Source: Nitrospirota bacterium (lineage in GTDB: Bacteria > Nitrospirota > UBA9217). Taken from it: 64,000 bases of DNA. Below, piece after piece: positions 10,501-21,750 of the stretch (position 1 is its first letter; the number at the start of each line of letters is the position of its first letter). A program made the position numbers and the translations under genes. The stretch spans positions 1,152,001 to 1,216,000 of the forward strand of contig CAVUCU010000001.1 of the NCBI GenBank assembly GCA_963740085.1. Direction: 5' to 3'. A model generated the notes under the pieces. It made no database searches and was not told the DNA's origin. It saw only the letters and a program-made list of their open reading frames with translations.

Positions 10501-12513
10501 GATGGTGATGGTCCCGCTTTTCTCTCCGGCCTTGATGACCAGCGGGCCCGGCGTGATGGTATAATCGGTCCCTTCCTGCGCTGTCCCGCTCACGGTGAAG
10601 GGCACGGTCACGTCCTTGCCGTGTATGGCGGAGAGCTGCATTGTCACCATTGCCGGCCCGTTGTTCTCCTGCACTTCCTGTCCCGGCGCAGTGAAGGTCA
10701 CCGTGGGCTCGGGGTCGTTGTCGATGATCGTATAGGTATGGACCGTCTGTTTGCCCAGGACCGCGTTGACGGGGTTCGCGAGCGTCACCTCGATCGTCTC
10801 GTTGTCTTCGTGGAGCTCGTCGTCGATGATCCCGATGTCGATGGTCTTGACTGTCTCCCCGGGCTCGAAGACGAGCGTGCCGTTCGTGAGGGTATAATCC
10901 TTGTTGTTCTCTGCCGTGCCGCCCGTGATCGCGTATTCCACGCTGGCCCGCTTGCCGCTGGCCTCGCCCAGGGATACTTCGATCTTCGCAGGGCCCTTAC
11001 CTTCATCTCCACTGGAGTCCTTCAATGCGAAGGCTACGGCCGGGGGTGGATCGTTGTCTCTGATGGTTGTGATGTTGACCGGGTGCGCGCCCGGGGTCGC
11101 GTTCACCGGGGTCCCCATGGTCATGATGATCGACTCATTGTCCTCGTAGAGGTGATCGTCTATCGGCGTGATGGTGATGGTCCCGCTTGTCTCTCCGGCC
11201 TTGATGACCAGCGGGCCTGGCGTGATGGTGTAATCGGCCCTTTCCTGCGCTGTCCCGCTCAAGGTGAAGGGCACGGTCACGTCCTTGCCGGAGACAACGG
11301 AGAGCTGTACTGTTACCACAGCCGGCCCGTTGTTCTCCTGCACTTCCTGTCCCGGCGCAGTGAAGGTCACCGTGGGCTCGGGGTCGTTGTCGATGATCGT
11401 ATAGGTATGGACGATCTGTTTGCCCAGGATCGCGTTGACGGGGTTCGAGAGCTTCAATTCGATCGTCCTGTCGCCGCGGTAGAGCTTGTCATCGACGATC
11501 CCGATGTCGATGTCTTTGGACAGCTCCCCGGGTTCGAAGACGAGCGTGCCGTTTTTGAGGGTATAGTCGGTTTTGTTCTCTGCCGTGCCGCCCGTGATCG
11601 TGTATGCCACCGTTACTTTCCTGGGGCTGGGCGCGCTCAGCAGGACAGCTATTTTGGCGGGTGACACGCTTTCATCCCTGTCCAGCCTCCGCAACGCAAA
11701 ATTCACGAAAACGTCCCGAAGGCCGACCCCGGTCACCGGCGAGACATAGTCGACCCTGGGTTTGAATTTCCCTTCGCTCTCGTCACTATCGCTCTCAACA
11801 CCGGAGGCAAAGCCGGCGAGGGAACCCGCAAGCTCGGCCGTAGCCTTATCAAGCAGGACCTTCGGATCTTCGATCCGGCCAATGCCGAGAAGGCCCGGCG
11901 AGTCATCGCCGGACAGGGTGACGCTGTGGGCCCATTTTATCTCCGGGTTTTCCCCGGTCGAGACCAGGCGGGCAGAGAGGGCAAGTTTCGGGGGGTCCTT
12001 TTCATTGTAAAGCTCAAGATCGGTAATAAGCACTCCTGCTGCTCCGCCATCCTCCTTGAATACACGGGCATTCACCGAGCTTATACTTCCGGTATCGCGC
12101 ATGCGGATTTTTTCCATCAAACGATCCAGGTCCGCCTGCGCCATGACCTCCAATCCCTGGCCTTTCAGTTTGTCCAATAAGGCCCGATGTATCTCAGCCA
12201 GCGGAGCGGACGAGTTGCTCAGGTTCGCGATGGGTAAAACCGCGACCCGGCCGATATGGTCCACGCGAATGTCTCCGGGCGCGGGTCCTTTCACGGCCGC
12301 GCACCCCAGAAGGAGCAGAAGAACCGCGCACAGGACCGCAACAGGCATGCGGAACGTCCTTTCCCGCAGGTCCCTGGTGCGTTCGCGATCATGTTGGAAG
12401 TGGTCAGGCATTATTTTCATACGGCGGCCAACGGGCCGGTCTTCGATACCGTTATTATTTTCCGAGAGGTCCTGGAGGGTTCGAGAAATAGCGTGTGCGA
12501 AAGATGAGAACAT
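4510..12513 (-). CDS. Giant lipoprotein of about 2600 aa: CsgG/PelC-like domain, about 20 Calx-beta domains, second CsgG/PelC-like domain; split by two compensating frameshifts
   Basis: ORFs 9682..12513, 8978..9682 and 4510..8931 continue the same repeat register. One T is missing from a T-run at about 9684 and one base is extra at about 8981, so the outer ORFs are in the same frame. Lipobox LLGC (start possibly 12348). Calx-beta signature GTA..DY....GTLVFEPGE..KTIDIGIIDD...E..ETIEVTLSNP. Terminal domains contain VAVLPIANLS and IAIMPFTNES. Confidence 0.85.
5260..6876. repeat. 1.6-kb near-identical intragenic duplication, copy 1
   Basis: Matches 9994..11610 at a constant offset of 4734 nt; the shadow ORFs at 6051 and 10785 are identical. 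Confidence 0.9.
9994..11610. repeat. 1.6-kb near-identical intragenic duplication, copy 2
   Basis: Matches 5260..6876 with scattered substitutions. Confidence 0.9.
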
Positions 12514-12687
12514 GGTTCTTTCTTAAATAAGTTGAAAAAGCCTAAAAACTGCAGACCAGCCAACAAAAAGCCGAAGCTTTGACACGGATAAAAGCCGACA
12601 AGAAAGATGATTTTCACTGATACGTCAAAGCATTCTCAGTGCGAATCATAGCGCGGCCTTTGCCGCAACCAAAATGCAAGACATCCT

Positions 12688-13033
12688 GCCACCAAAGCCA
12701 CAAAAAATATATACCTCTTAATTTTATGGCTCTTTCGCATTTTAGTTGAAAACAAGTTATCAATAAGCATTAACAAGGGAATCATTCCACCTAAACACAA
12801 ATCCGTTTTCGCGCAGAGACGCAGAGGCGCGAAGAAAGGATAAAATAAAAATGATCACAAAAACTTTTATCTAGAACCTTCTATTCCAGCATTGAAGCAT
12901 TCATCAGGCATCTTCTGCCGTTTTTCTCTGCGTACTCTGCGGCTTTGCGCGAGAAAGACGTTTGTCGTTTCTTTTCAACTTATTTACGAATGAACCATTT
13001 TGTTATTATGTGCTTTTTGTGCCTTTTGTGGCC
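12688..13033. repeat. Nested REP-like palindromic elements
   Basis: Outer arms GCCACCAAAGCCACAAAA and TTTTGTGCCTTTTGTGGC enclose inner arms CGCGCAGAGACGCAGAG (about 12810) and CTCTGCGTACTCTGCGGCTTTGCGCG (about 12926). Confidence 0.6.
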
Positions 13034-13079
13034 ATGTTCCATCCGTTTATCTTAGGGGACAGCATGGCCGCTCATCCGA

Positions 13080-13730
13080 TCAAAAAAGTTTATTCAGGAC
13101 GTCGATGACGGCCGCCCGGGTGACGTCGTCCATCGGCCGCCCGCCTCCGCCAAAGAGCCGGTCCCCGGCGGTTATGCCGCCCTGGGTGGAAGACGCGGTC
13201 CATACCACCTTTCCGGTCTGCGTCTCGATCATCTGAACGCTGAGGGAAACGATATTTGCGGACGTCGTGCTTGAACGCACCTCTCCGTACTCCCGCACGA
13301 CCCCCGTTATGACGGCGTCGGCCTTGACAATGCCCCCCAGTTTTACGGCATCCTCAGCCGAGGGAGCGGACGATTTCTCGATCCCCGCCCGCACCATGCC
13401 CCGCGCGACCTCTCCCGCGGGAAGCACGTAGAGGGAGCCGGTAGACAGCAGCATGTTCATGAAAACATCCCTGACCCTGCTTGACGCAAGAGGCTCTTTT
13501 GTGAGATTTTCGAACGGCATGACCGCGACGATCCGCACCGACGCCAGATCGAAGTTCGGATCATGATAGACCTCGAGCCCGGAACGCGACGCGCACGCTG
13601 ACAGGAAAACCAGCAGCAGGGAAAGCATGATCGGCACGGACTTTCGGAACCGGCCCGATGTCTCAATCTTCATATTATTTCCAATAACCCGCAGGATAGA
13701 AGCAGCACCCACCATGTTGATCGTGAACAA
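13080..13730 (-). CDS. CsgG/PelC/GNA1162-like outer-membrane lipoprotein
   Basis: Lipobox LSAC and the VAVMPFENLT...ADAVITGVVREY...SVQMIETQTGKVVW fold signature. The start is either TTG 13730 (AGGAGG upstream) or ATG 13673. Confidence 0.8.
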   Translation of the reverse strand: MFTINMVGAASILRVIGNNMKIETSGRFRKSVPIMLSLLLVFLSACASRSGLEVYHDPNFDLASVRIVAVMPFENLTKEPLASSRVRDVFMNMLLSTGSLYVLPAGEVARGMVRAGIEKSSAPSAEDAVKLGGIVKADAVITGVVREYGEVRSSTTSANIVSLSVQMIETQTGKVVWTASSTQGGITAGDRLFGGGGRPMDDVTRAAVIDVLNKLF

Positions 13731-13905
13731 TCTCTCTTACCTCCTGTTCGTTAATGTCCGTTTCATATAAACCAGCCGCTGAAAATATTCCTTGTTATAA
13801 AGAGCGCACGGATTTTTCAATGTTCTCCGTGGTTATATCTTGCGGCTGCAATTACCATTGTATCACCTAACCCGGACAATCCGGAACTAAAATAATGAAA
13901 CCAAA

Positions 13906-14066
13906 AGGCGTCTCGCGCAGAGCCGTAGCCTGCACTTGCGTGAGCGCGGCCATAAACCAAGCTCGCAGAGAACAACAAAAAAAATAGAGCCGCGATTCAT
14001 GTCTTTCTCGGCGTCTCTGCGCCTCAGCGGGAAGATGCCTTATGGATCTTGACGTGATAGAACAAT
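13906..14066. repeat. Dispersed copy of the approximately 160-nt palindromic element found in tandem at 27.9-28.3 kb (opposite orientation, with an insert of about 31 nt)
   Basis: AAGGCGTCTCGCGCAGAGCCG[insert]CCAAGCTCGCAGAGAACAACAAAA...TTTCTCGGCGTCTCTGCGCCTCAGCG closely matches the reverse complement of about 28160-28260. Confidence 0.75.
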
Positions 14067-14202
14067 AAAAGAAAAAAATGAACTGAATATCTACAAATTA
14101 AAATAAAAATGCATTGACGCTTTCAGGCTCTTCTATGTGCCTTCCATGCTTTCTGTGGCAAAAGATTCTTGCCATTGTGAGTAACCTTTGACCTATTAGC
14201 TT

Positions 14203-16452
14203 CTAAAAATACGCCCTCAGGTTCGTGCTGAATATTTTTGAAGCCGATCTGCCTTCGTCCGACTTGCTCAGGGTATCCTGATACGCGGCGGCCAGGTAGG
14301 TGGTCCGGGTGATCTTCCACGTCAGGGACGGACCCCAGGTCCTGACCCTTGAGTTCTTTTCGGACTCCCAGCTCTCGGTATACGCAAAGGAGAACTCGAG
14401 AGACCCGCCGAAGAACGGCGACCAGTTGAACGCATAATTCTGCGACCTCTTGGTCGTAGTCCTGGGTGGCTACGGTGCTCATACCGGCGACGAGGTAGAG
14501 CGTATCGACGGGATGATAGGTGGCCGTCTCATCGGTCCTGTCGGTCCACGTTATAGATTCCTGCGTGCCCCCTCCTGAACTGTGCGTCCTCGACGAATCA
14601 TAATTGAAGCTCAGGTTCAGCGTACGGTGGGGCTGAATACTCGCTCCGGCGATGAGGTCCGTGCTGTCCACGCGTTCGCCCGTGTCCTGGTCCTTAAAGG
14701 TCATCCCTCCCGAGGCCGTCAGGACCACGCCTTGATAGACATCCGCGTGATTATGCAGGAAGACGCTGTTCGTATTGGAACGTCCGCTGGTGGTCTCCTC
14801 AAACCTCCCGCTGTAGGACAGATTGTGGCGGAGCGTCTTGAGGGGGACCGCGTCGAGGGACGCGTCCGCGACATACGCAAAGCCGTGGTCCGTGGGTTCG
14901 GAAAAATCCTCCCTGCCGGCGCGCGCGTTTTCGGAAAAGACCCTGCTGAGACGATGGGACGTTGTCAGCATGTTTGAAAGGGTCCAGCGCTGCTGCCCGG
15001 AAGGCTCCTGCTTGGAGAGAAAATATGAGAGATTGTAATACAGGTTCGCGCTTTCCAGAAGCAGCGCCTTGCCGTCGAAATTATAGGTCTGGGTCGAAGT
15101 GGTCTTCTTCCCCCTTGCCTGCTCCGCTGATGTGCTCGAAATGGCCTGGATCTCCGTCACGAAGATATCGGGATATCCTGAGGCGCCCTGCACCGCCGGC
15201 GAGAGGGGTTTCACCACGACCTTTATATATCTCGTGTTGACCGATGAAAAGGTGATCTCGAAACGGTTTTCGAATTGCCCGAACGGGGCAGAGGACAGGG
15301 TTGTGTACAGGCTCCAGTTCAGGTTGTCGGAGCTCGTATAGACGTCCCAGGAGAAGGAGCCGGCGATAACCGACGGAAGCTCCCTGTCCACCCAAACCCG
15401 GAGCGTGTTCACATCCTGGGCAAGAGAAAAATCGAGGCCGATGTTCCGTTCCCGCGTGTCTCCTCCGATGATGGACGGCATCCCGATGTTGACCCCGGCG
15501 CTTGTTGTAAGGTTTCCGTCCACCAGCGCGGAATTCGATGCAAGGGCGCCGTCAACAGGCGTATCATCGATGGACGAAAGCCCGGCAAAAGGGCACCAGG
15601 CCGATGTCCAGCGTCCCCGTTCCGCTGACCGAGGTGGTCAATTCATTGTAGCTGACGTTGTAGCTCGTATCGAACGAGACGCCGGTTATGGAAAAAACTG
15701 TTGGCATACTCCGCCCTCCCGACGTGGCTCAGGCTCCGGGTCTCGAGGCCGGACAGCCGGTCGGTGGTAACGATGTAGGTCGGCCTGTACTGCATCGAAA
15801 TAGTGTCGGTCGGCGTATAATTCATGGTAAGACCTGCGTAGTCACGGACGACGTCCTGGGTGGCATGATCGATGTCATAGACATGCGATCGTTCGACCCG
15901 CCCCTCGATGGAGGGAAGGTCCCGTACCGGGGGATACAGGCCCATGATGCCTGAATAGAGCTCGTTGATATTGGTAATTGCCGGCGACCCGGTGGACGAC
16001 GACGTCTCCTCCCGCCGGCTGTATCTGGCTCCGGCTGTGTAGACCGGGGACCTCAGCGTCAGGTCCACCAGCGGCTGGACCCTCGTCAGCGTCGAATCCG
16101 TCCAGACGCCGTCGGTGATCGTTGTGCTGTCTGTTTTGTCAAAAAGGCCGCTCGCATACAGCCTGAGATACGGGTAGAGGGTCTTCGACAACGACAGGTT
16201 GTAGCGCTGGGTGTACGAGTCGGTCTTCGTGTGGCTTGAATTGCCCTGGACGTCCTGGGAATCGGAGGCCAGATTGCTGTATCCGAGGTCCACGTAACCG
16301 CCGATCCCTTCCGCGGCCGCGCTGCAGGGAAAGAGCGAGGCCGAAAGGAACAGAAGCGTTGGAAAGACCACGGCCGCTGCCGCACAACTCCGGAGGACGG
16401 ACCGCCACTGCTGAACGGATCCAGCTGGTCTTGATTTGCGAACAGGATCCAC
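14203..16452 (-). CDS. Outer-membrane beta-barrel protein with an internal F5/8-type-C (discoidin)-like domain; frameshifted
   Basis: Joins ORFs 15643..16452 and 14123..15523, with a further shift near 14455. Signal peptide and alternating amphipathic strands. The corrected C-terminus ...KIFSTNLRAYF* (TAG at 14203) ends in the beta-barrel Phe. Internal segment WDVYTSSDNLNW...TRYIKVVV. Confidence 0.75.
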
Positions 16453-16459
16453 CGGGCTT

Positions 16460-17860
16460 TTACCTCTCCCCCATCATGGCCACCCACTGCGCGTCCACGC
16501 CGATGTCAAGCTCCATGACCGTCTGGTTGCCGATGAGATTGACGCTCTGGAGCGAGTTTTTCCGCGGCACCACCAGGTACAGCTCGTTTTCCTCACCGTC
16601 TATCGCCATGCCGGCTACGCCCTCTCCCGCCGGGATCCGGTCGATCGGCATGTCCAGGCCCGGCTGGTACACCGAAACCAGGGGATCGAACCGCCTGCCG
16701 ACATAGATGCGGTCTGTCCTGGTGTCGACCTTCAAGGCTCTCGCTCCCGTGCCGACGGAGATCCGCTGAACGACGGCGAGCGACGAGGTGTCGATGACCG
16801 AAAGGTATGAGGAGAGCGAATGAATGACATAGAGCCTGTCCCCGTTGCGGTTCAATTGCCCCCGCAGCGGGCCCGCGTCAACGGAGATCGTCGCGGTAAC
16901 CTGTCTCGCAGCGAGGTCGATGATGGAAATGGAATCCGACTGGGTATTGAAGACATAGGCCTTTTTGCCGGACGAATCGACGAGGACCGTGTTCGGTCCG
17001 TTGCCTACATTGATCCGCTCCAGTTCGATGAAGGAAACAGGGTCGATGATGCTCACCGTGTTCGAACCGTTGTTCGCCGTCATCAGGATGCGGCCGTCCG
17101 GCGTGAGCGCCGGCTCCTGGGGACGGTCGCCGGCATTGAGCACTATCCTGTGGATGATCTCGTTGCTGGATACGTCTATGATGTCCACGGAGTCCTCGCC
17201 GGAGAGCGCCACATAGGCCCGTTGCCGAGCCTGGTCGAGGACGATGCCCCGCGGGTCCGCCCCCGTGGCTATGACATCCACAACCCTGCCTGCCTTCTTA
17301 TTGAAGACGGTTATGTCGTTCGAACCCTGATTCACCACATATCCCATAAGGGCCGTGATCGGTTTTTTGGGCCGGTCGAGGGAAAAAGAGGGGCTGAAGC
17401 CGAACCGGTCCCGTATTGCCTCCTTGGGACGCAGTGTTCCTTCCAGGACAGAGGCCCTGCCTTTGCGCACCTCAAAGGAGAACGGCTCCAGCAGCGGCTC
17501 TTCTGGCACGAGCAGGGCGTTTTCCCCTGCTTCTCCCCGGAGAAAGGCCTCATGGGTGCGGAATGCAAGGCCTTTGTACAGACCGGGAGGAACTCTGCCG
17601 GAGGCAACGAGGCGTTGTCTGTTTATCGTACTGACGCTGAATTCGGTTATCGCGAGCGTGAGGGGAAATTCCGTGCCGTCGTCCCGACGCGCGACGATCT
17701 CGCTGAGGTCGAACCTGAGCCGTTCCGCCTCTCCGGGAAGGGGCTCGACATAGAGGAATATCTCCCCTTCCTCTTCAAGGGGCGGCTTCAGGCGGGCGGT
17801 GGTTGCAAAGCAGCCGGAAAGAAATACAACCGTGATGAGAAGAAAATATAAACGTCTCAT
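16460..17860 (-). CDS. YVTN/YncE-family beta-propeller lipoprotein
   Basis: Lipobox LSGC, with YVVNQGSNDITVF, ANNGSNTVSIID and YVFNTQSDSISIID blades. Confidence 0.88.
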   Translation of the reverse strand: MRRLYFLLITVVFLSGCFATTARLKPPLEEEGEIFLYVEPLPGEAERLRFDLSEIVARRDDGTEFPLTLAITEFSVSTINRQRLVASGRVPPGLYKGLAFRTHEAFLRGEAGENALLVPEEPLLEPFSFEVRKGRASVLEGTLRPKEAIRDRFGFSPSFSLDRPKKPITALMGYVVNQGSNDITVFNKKAGRVVDVIATGADPRGIVLDQARQRAYVALSGEDSVDIIDVSSNEIIHRIVLNAGDRPQEPALTPDGRILMTANNGSNTVSIIDPVSFIELERINVGNGPNTVLVDSSGKKAYVFNTQSDSISIIDLAARQVTATISVDAGPLRGQLNRNGDRLYVIHSLSSYLSVIDTSSLAVVQRISVGTGARALKVDTRTDRIYVGRRFDPLVSVYQPGLDMPIDRIPAGEGVAGMAIDGEENELYLVVPRKNSLQSVNLIGNQTVMELDIGVDAQWVAMMGER

Positions 17861-18184
17861 GGGGTTCCTTTCTCAGAAGATCGGTGTAACGTCAAATAGT
17901 AACCACAGAGCGCACAGAGACATATGTAAAATTACTCAAAACCTGTGTTCTCTGTCGTTCTCTTGCTACAAGTAGTTATTCTATAAAAGCAGATTGAGCC
18001 AAAGAATGCACAGAAGATCACATCAAGAATATAAATGATTGAAAACAATAGTGTTTGGGCAATACCTAACTGAATTGGTGATTACGTTAGTCATTTCAAC
18101 TTCTTGTTTTTTTCTGTGTGAATTATGTGCTTTTTATCGCTAACTGCCGTTTACGGGTTTATTTCATTTTCAGCATTTTTCCTG

Positions 18185-18800
18185 TGTTCTTTGCGGTTAA
18201 TTGGTTCGGTCCTGAAAGTCACATAATTCTATAACTACTTAAATTGACCGCATAGAACACAAAGATCACAAGGATTTTAACGAATGAAAACATAATGGTT
18301 TCATATCTCTCCTGTTTCCCCTTCTCTGCGTTCTTTGCGTTCTTTGCGGTAAATTGGTTCAGGTCCTGGAAAGTCACATAATTCTATAACTACTCAAATT
18401 GACCGCAAAGAACACAAAGATCACAAGGATTTTAAGAATGAAAACATAATGGTTTCATATCTCTCCTGTTTCCCCTTCTCTGCGTTCTCTGCGTTCTTTG
18501 TGGTTAATTGGTTCGGTCCTGAAAGTCACATAATTCTATAACTACTTAAATTGACCGCAAAGAGCACAAAGATCAACAAGGATTTTAAGAATGAAAACAT
18601 AATGGGTTCATATCTCTCTGGTTCCCGTCCTCTGCGTTCTCTGCGTTCTCTGTGGTAAATTGGTTCGGTCCTGAAAGTCACATAATTCTATAATACTCAA
18701 ATTGACCGTCAGTAGAACACAAAGATCACAAGGATTTAAAATAAATATTTTTATCCTCTGTGTTCCCTCTGTGGTTTACTCTGCGTTCTCTGCGGTTAAT
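18185..18800. repeat. Tandem array of four palindromic units of about 153 nt
   Basis: TTGGTTCGGTCCTGAAAGTCACATAATTCTATAA recurs at about 18201, 18354, 18507 and 18661. Each unit has arms ACCGCAAAGAACACAAAGA and TCTGCGTTCTTTGCGGT. Confidence 0.85.
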
Positions 18801-18817
18801 TGGTTCTAGCGGCAGCG

Positions 18818-20106
18818 CTATGGATATACCCCTACATGGCATTTGTTGCAAAGTGTATCCTGCGAGGGAGCAAATTTCGTCGCCGGCATGTCATAATACG
18901 CCCGCAAGGCCTCTGCCTCCGTGCGCCCCTGCCCGTAGGGCTGTTCAGGCTGCCCTTCCTGGGAATACGATCCATTGTTCTCGATAAAGCTTGTTTCAGC
19001 ATTCCATCTCATGATGCCGTCCCACCCCGACGCGTGCGCCCGGTGGCAGGTAAGGCACGTCACCTGCGCCGTTGTGTCGGGACCAGTGAGCCAGGAATCA
19101 TCGCTTTTTGCATGCGCCTTGAGGGTCGCGTAGTCCGTGATTCCCTCCTCGAAGGGAACGAGCGAAAGATAGGACGTATTCACCAATCCCGTGAGATCGC
19201 CGCTTTTAATATATGCATTATAGTTGGCCGCCTTGATTGCGCCGAGGTTGGCGGCGTTGCCTGTCGGGTGAAGCAGGTTCGTCTTCCCGGGCCAGGTTGT
19301 CGTATGCATGTCCGGGTGGCAGTTCCTGCACCACTCCGACATGCCTGCACCGTAGGCCACGCGGGTCTGCGTTGTTGCTTCCGACCTGTTGTATGTGTCC
19401 GGCGCGACGGCGGCGGGAGGATCGTTCACAAAGGCAAAACCGCCGGTCAAGGATTTCGGCAGATAGCCCTTTCCGCCCAGCATCCGGTACACACCCACCG
19501 CCTTGTTGGCTTCAGGATCGGGACTGGACGCGTAGGAGCCCGAGCCGATAATGGGGCTCCAGGTCGTGGATATGGATCCGTCGAAATTCCTCCGGTATTT
19601 TCCATGGGGGTCGTGACAGCTTATGCAGGACAAGCCATCCGAGGGATAGGTCCCGCCCGGGGCAGCGGAATAGGTGCTGTCGCTATCGTACAGGAAGTCG
19701 GCTGCCACGATATTGTGTCCATGCCTTTCTCCAAGGCTGGATATGGGCGGCAGCCCGGGACCCGGGACCCAGGAGAAGGTCTTTTTGAGCCATCCGAAAT
19801 CTCCGCCCGGCGTGAGCTGTTTGGGAGGCATGCCCTGCGGGAGCTCGCTGAACGGCGTGCTTACATGGTAGTCCGTCGGACCGATGTCGCCCGGCTGCTG
19901 ATGGCAATACAGGCAGGTTGAACTGGCATCCTGTTCCCGCAGGAGAGAAGGCCCGCTGATCGAGAGAATGTCGGTACCGTGTATCGAGTGACAAGCAACG
20001 CACGTACCGACGCCGCCGTCGTGGAAAGCCGCTGAACCGCTTTCCAGCCGATGATAATAAGGGCTGTTGTCAACAGACCCCTGATGATGGTCGTCAGTAT
20101 TTTCAT
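18818..20106 (-). CDS. OmcS-family hexaheme cytochrome (GSU2501-like paralogue); frameshifted near the 5' end
   Basis: The reconstruction reads MKILTT...FHDGGVGTCVACH...SSTCLYCH and continues into ORF 18818..19831 (TPGGDFGWLKKT, CISCH, CRNCH, CLTCHRAHASG, LCNKCH), giving six CxxCH motifs. Confidence 0.88.
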
Positions 20107-20211
20107 CTCATCACAGCGTAAATGCGGCATTCCAGGTGAATGCCGATACATCTGAATCCAGGGACATTACTCAGTTAAAAATCAAATTCGACTCAACATG
20201 AAAAAAAATTT

Positions 20212-20340
20212 ACCGCGAAGACGCCAAGAACGCAAAGAAATCTCTAACTCCTGGTATTTAACCGAAGAATCTTTAGCATTCCTTCGCGACCTTCGCGCCT
20301 TGGCGGTTCCAAGGTTTTGGTTCCGGGCTGTCCGGGTCAG
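20212..20340. repeat. REP-like palindromic element with flanking GGTTCCGGGCTGTCCGGGT motif
   Basis: Arms ACCGCGAAGACGCCAAG and CTTCGCGCCTTGGCGGT. The flanking motif matches 13868-13892 in reverse orientation. Confidence 0.6.
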
Positions 20341-20428
20341 ATAGACTTATAATTACATGAAGACAGACGAAATTGCAATAAAATAAATGGCAGAATGGAC
20401 CCGCTTATGCTCATCATAACAGCTTAGG

Positions 20429-20462
20429 AAAAAGAAGGGCTGGATTTCTCCAGCCCTTCTTA
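20429..20462 (-). terminator. Rho-independent terminator after an omcS paralogue
   Basis: AAGAAGGGCTGGA-TTTC-TCCAGCCCTTCTT hairpin with a U-run on the minus strand. Confidence 0.8.
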
Positions 20463-20494
20463 GGTACATACATTATGCTGCGACTAGGTGGATA

Positions 20495-21731
20495 TTAGTC
20501 TTTTGCGTGGCACTTGTTGCAAAGCGAACGCTGGTAGCTGGCATACTTTGTTTCGGGCTGGTTGTTGTAAGCAGCCGATGTTTCTGCCGTGGTGCGGCCC
20601 ATTGCATATTTTGCAGCTGTTGGCGATCGTGCTCGTTGAATCGGTGCCCGGCCATACGCCGTCAGCAGCGATGAACTCGCCTTCGTTCTGCCACCTGGTC
20701 ATGTGCGCGAAGCCGGTTGCATGCGCCCTGTGGCACGAAAGGCACATAACTCTGGATGACGTTGCAGCCTGTGCATTGACGGTGTTGGCTGCTGTCTGGA
20801 GGGCTGCCATGTCGGACGTATTGTCTGTCTGGAAAGGAACGATCGTGTCGAAGCCGGAAGCGCCCGTCAGACCGCTGCCCAGATAGGCGTTGTAGTTTGC
20901 TGCAACTGCTGCGCTGAAGCCCTGGTTTACCGGGTGGGTCAGCTTGGTGCTGGTGGCGCTGTGCATGTCAGGATGGCAGGTTGCGCACCAGTCGGAGATG
21001 CCGGCGCCATAGGCCTCGGCCGTCTGCGAGACTGCCTCTGTCCTGTTGTAGGTGGATGCAACGAAGCGTTGGAATGTCGCGGTGAAGGTCTTGCCGCCTG
21101 AACCGGCCGTGGAGCCCGGTCCACGAAGGAGACGGAACACGCCGACTGCCTGGCCTGCTGCCGGGAGCGTGCTGTTGGTGTAGGAGCCGGAGCCGATGAT
21201 CGGGGCGCCCGTGGTTGCCATGGCGCCAGTGGAAAGCCTTCTCAGTTTGCCATGGTTGTCATGGCAGCTGTTGCAGGAAAGCTGGGTTGCATCCATGTCG
21301 CCGCCCGGGGCGGTCGTGTTCTGCGCATCAGCAACGTAACCGGGGAGGGCGACTGCTACGACGTTGTGGCCATGTCTCTCGCCAAGTTCTGTTGAAGAGG
21401 AGCCGGACCGAGGGGACCAGGTATAGGTCTTGAGGAGCCAGCCGAAGTCGCCGCCCGGGGTCATCTGAAGCGGGGGTACGCCGGCGGTAACTGTCGGGGT
21501 GAGGATATGATAGCTGCCTGCTGATGGTGAGCCGTGGCAGGAAGCGTTCGCGCAGGTGGAGGTGATGTCCCCGGCGATAAGGAGAGCTGAGGCGCTCTGA
21601 CCGTCATGGATGTCGTGGCAGCCCATGCACTCTGCAACGCCGCCGGAATGGAACGCATAGCTTGCGGTGCTGAGGCCGATTATTACGGCAAAAGCAGCTA
21701 CAAGGATAAGACTAAATTTAACGATTTTCAT
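20495..21731 (-). CDS. omcS: OmcS/OmcT-family nanowire hexaheme cytochrome; one frameshift near 20615
   Basis: Start MKIVKFS (ATG 21731, GGAGG RBS), mature N-terminus FHSGGVAECMGCH, PLQMTPGGDFGW. The corrected C-terminus is YQRSLCNKCHAKD* (TAA 20495). It follows the NHL gene, as omcS does in Geobacter. Confidence 0.9.
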
Positions 21732-21750
21732 TACATCCTCCTGAATTTTG

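Noticed and set aside
4441-11664. Long plus-strand ORFs (4441..7983 and 10069..11664) with repeats
   Set aside because: Antisense shadows of the Calx-beta gene; their repeats merely mirror the coding strand.
18185-18800. Possible CRISPR array
   Set aside because: The units are about 153 nt with near-identical intervening sequence, there are no unique spacers, and no cas genes are in the window.
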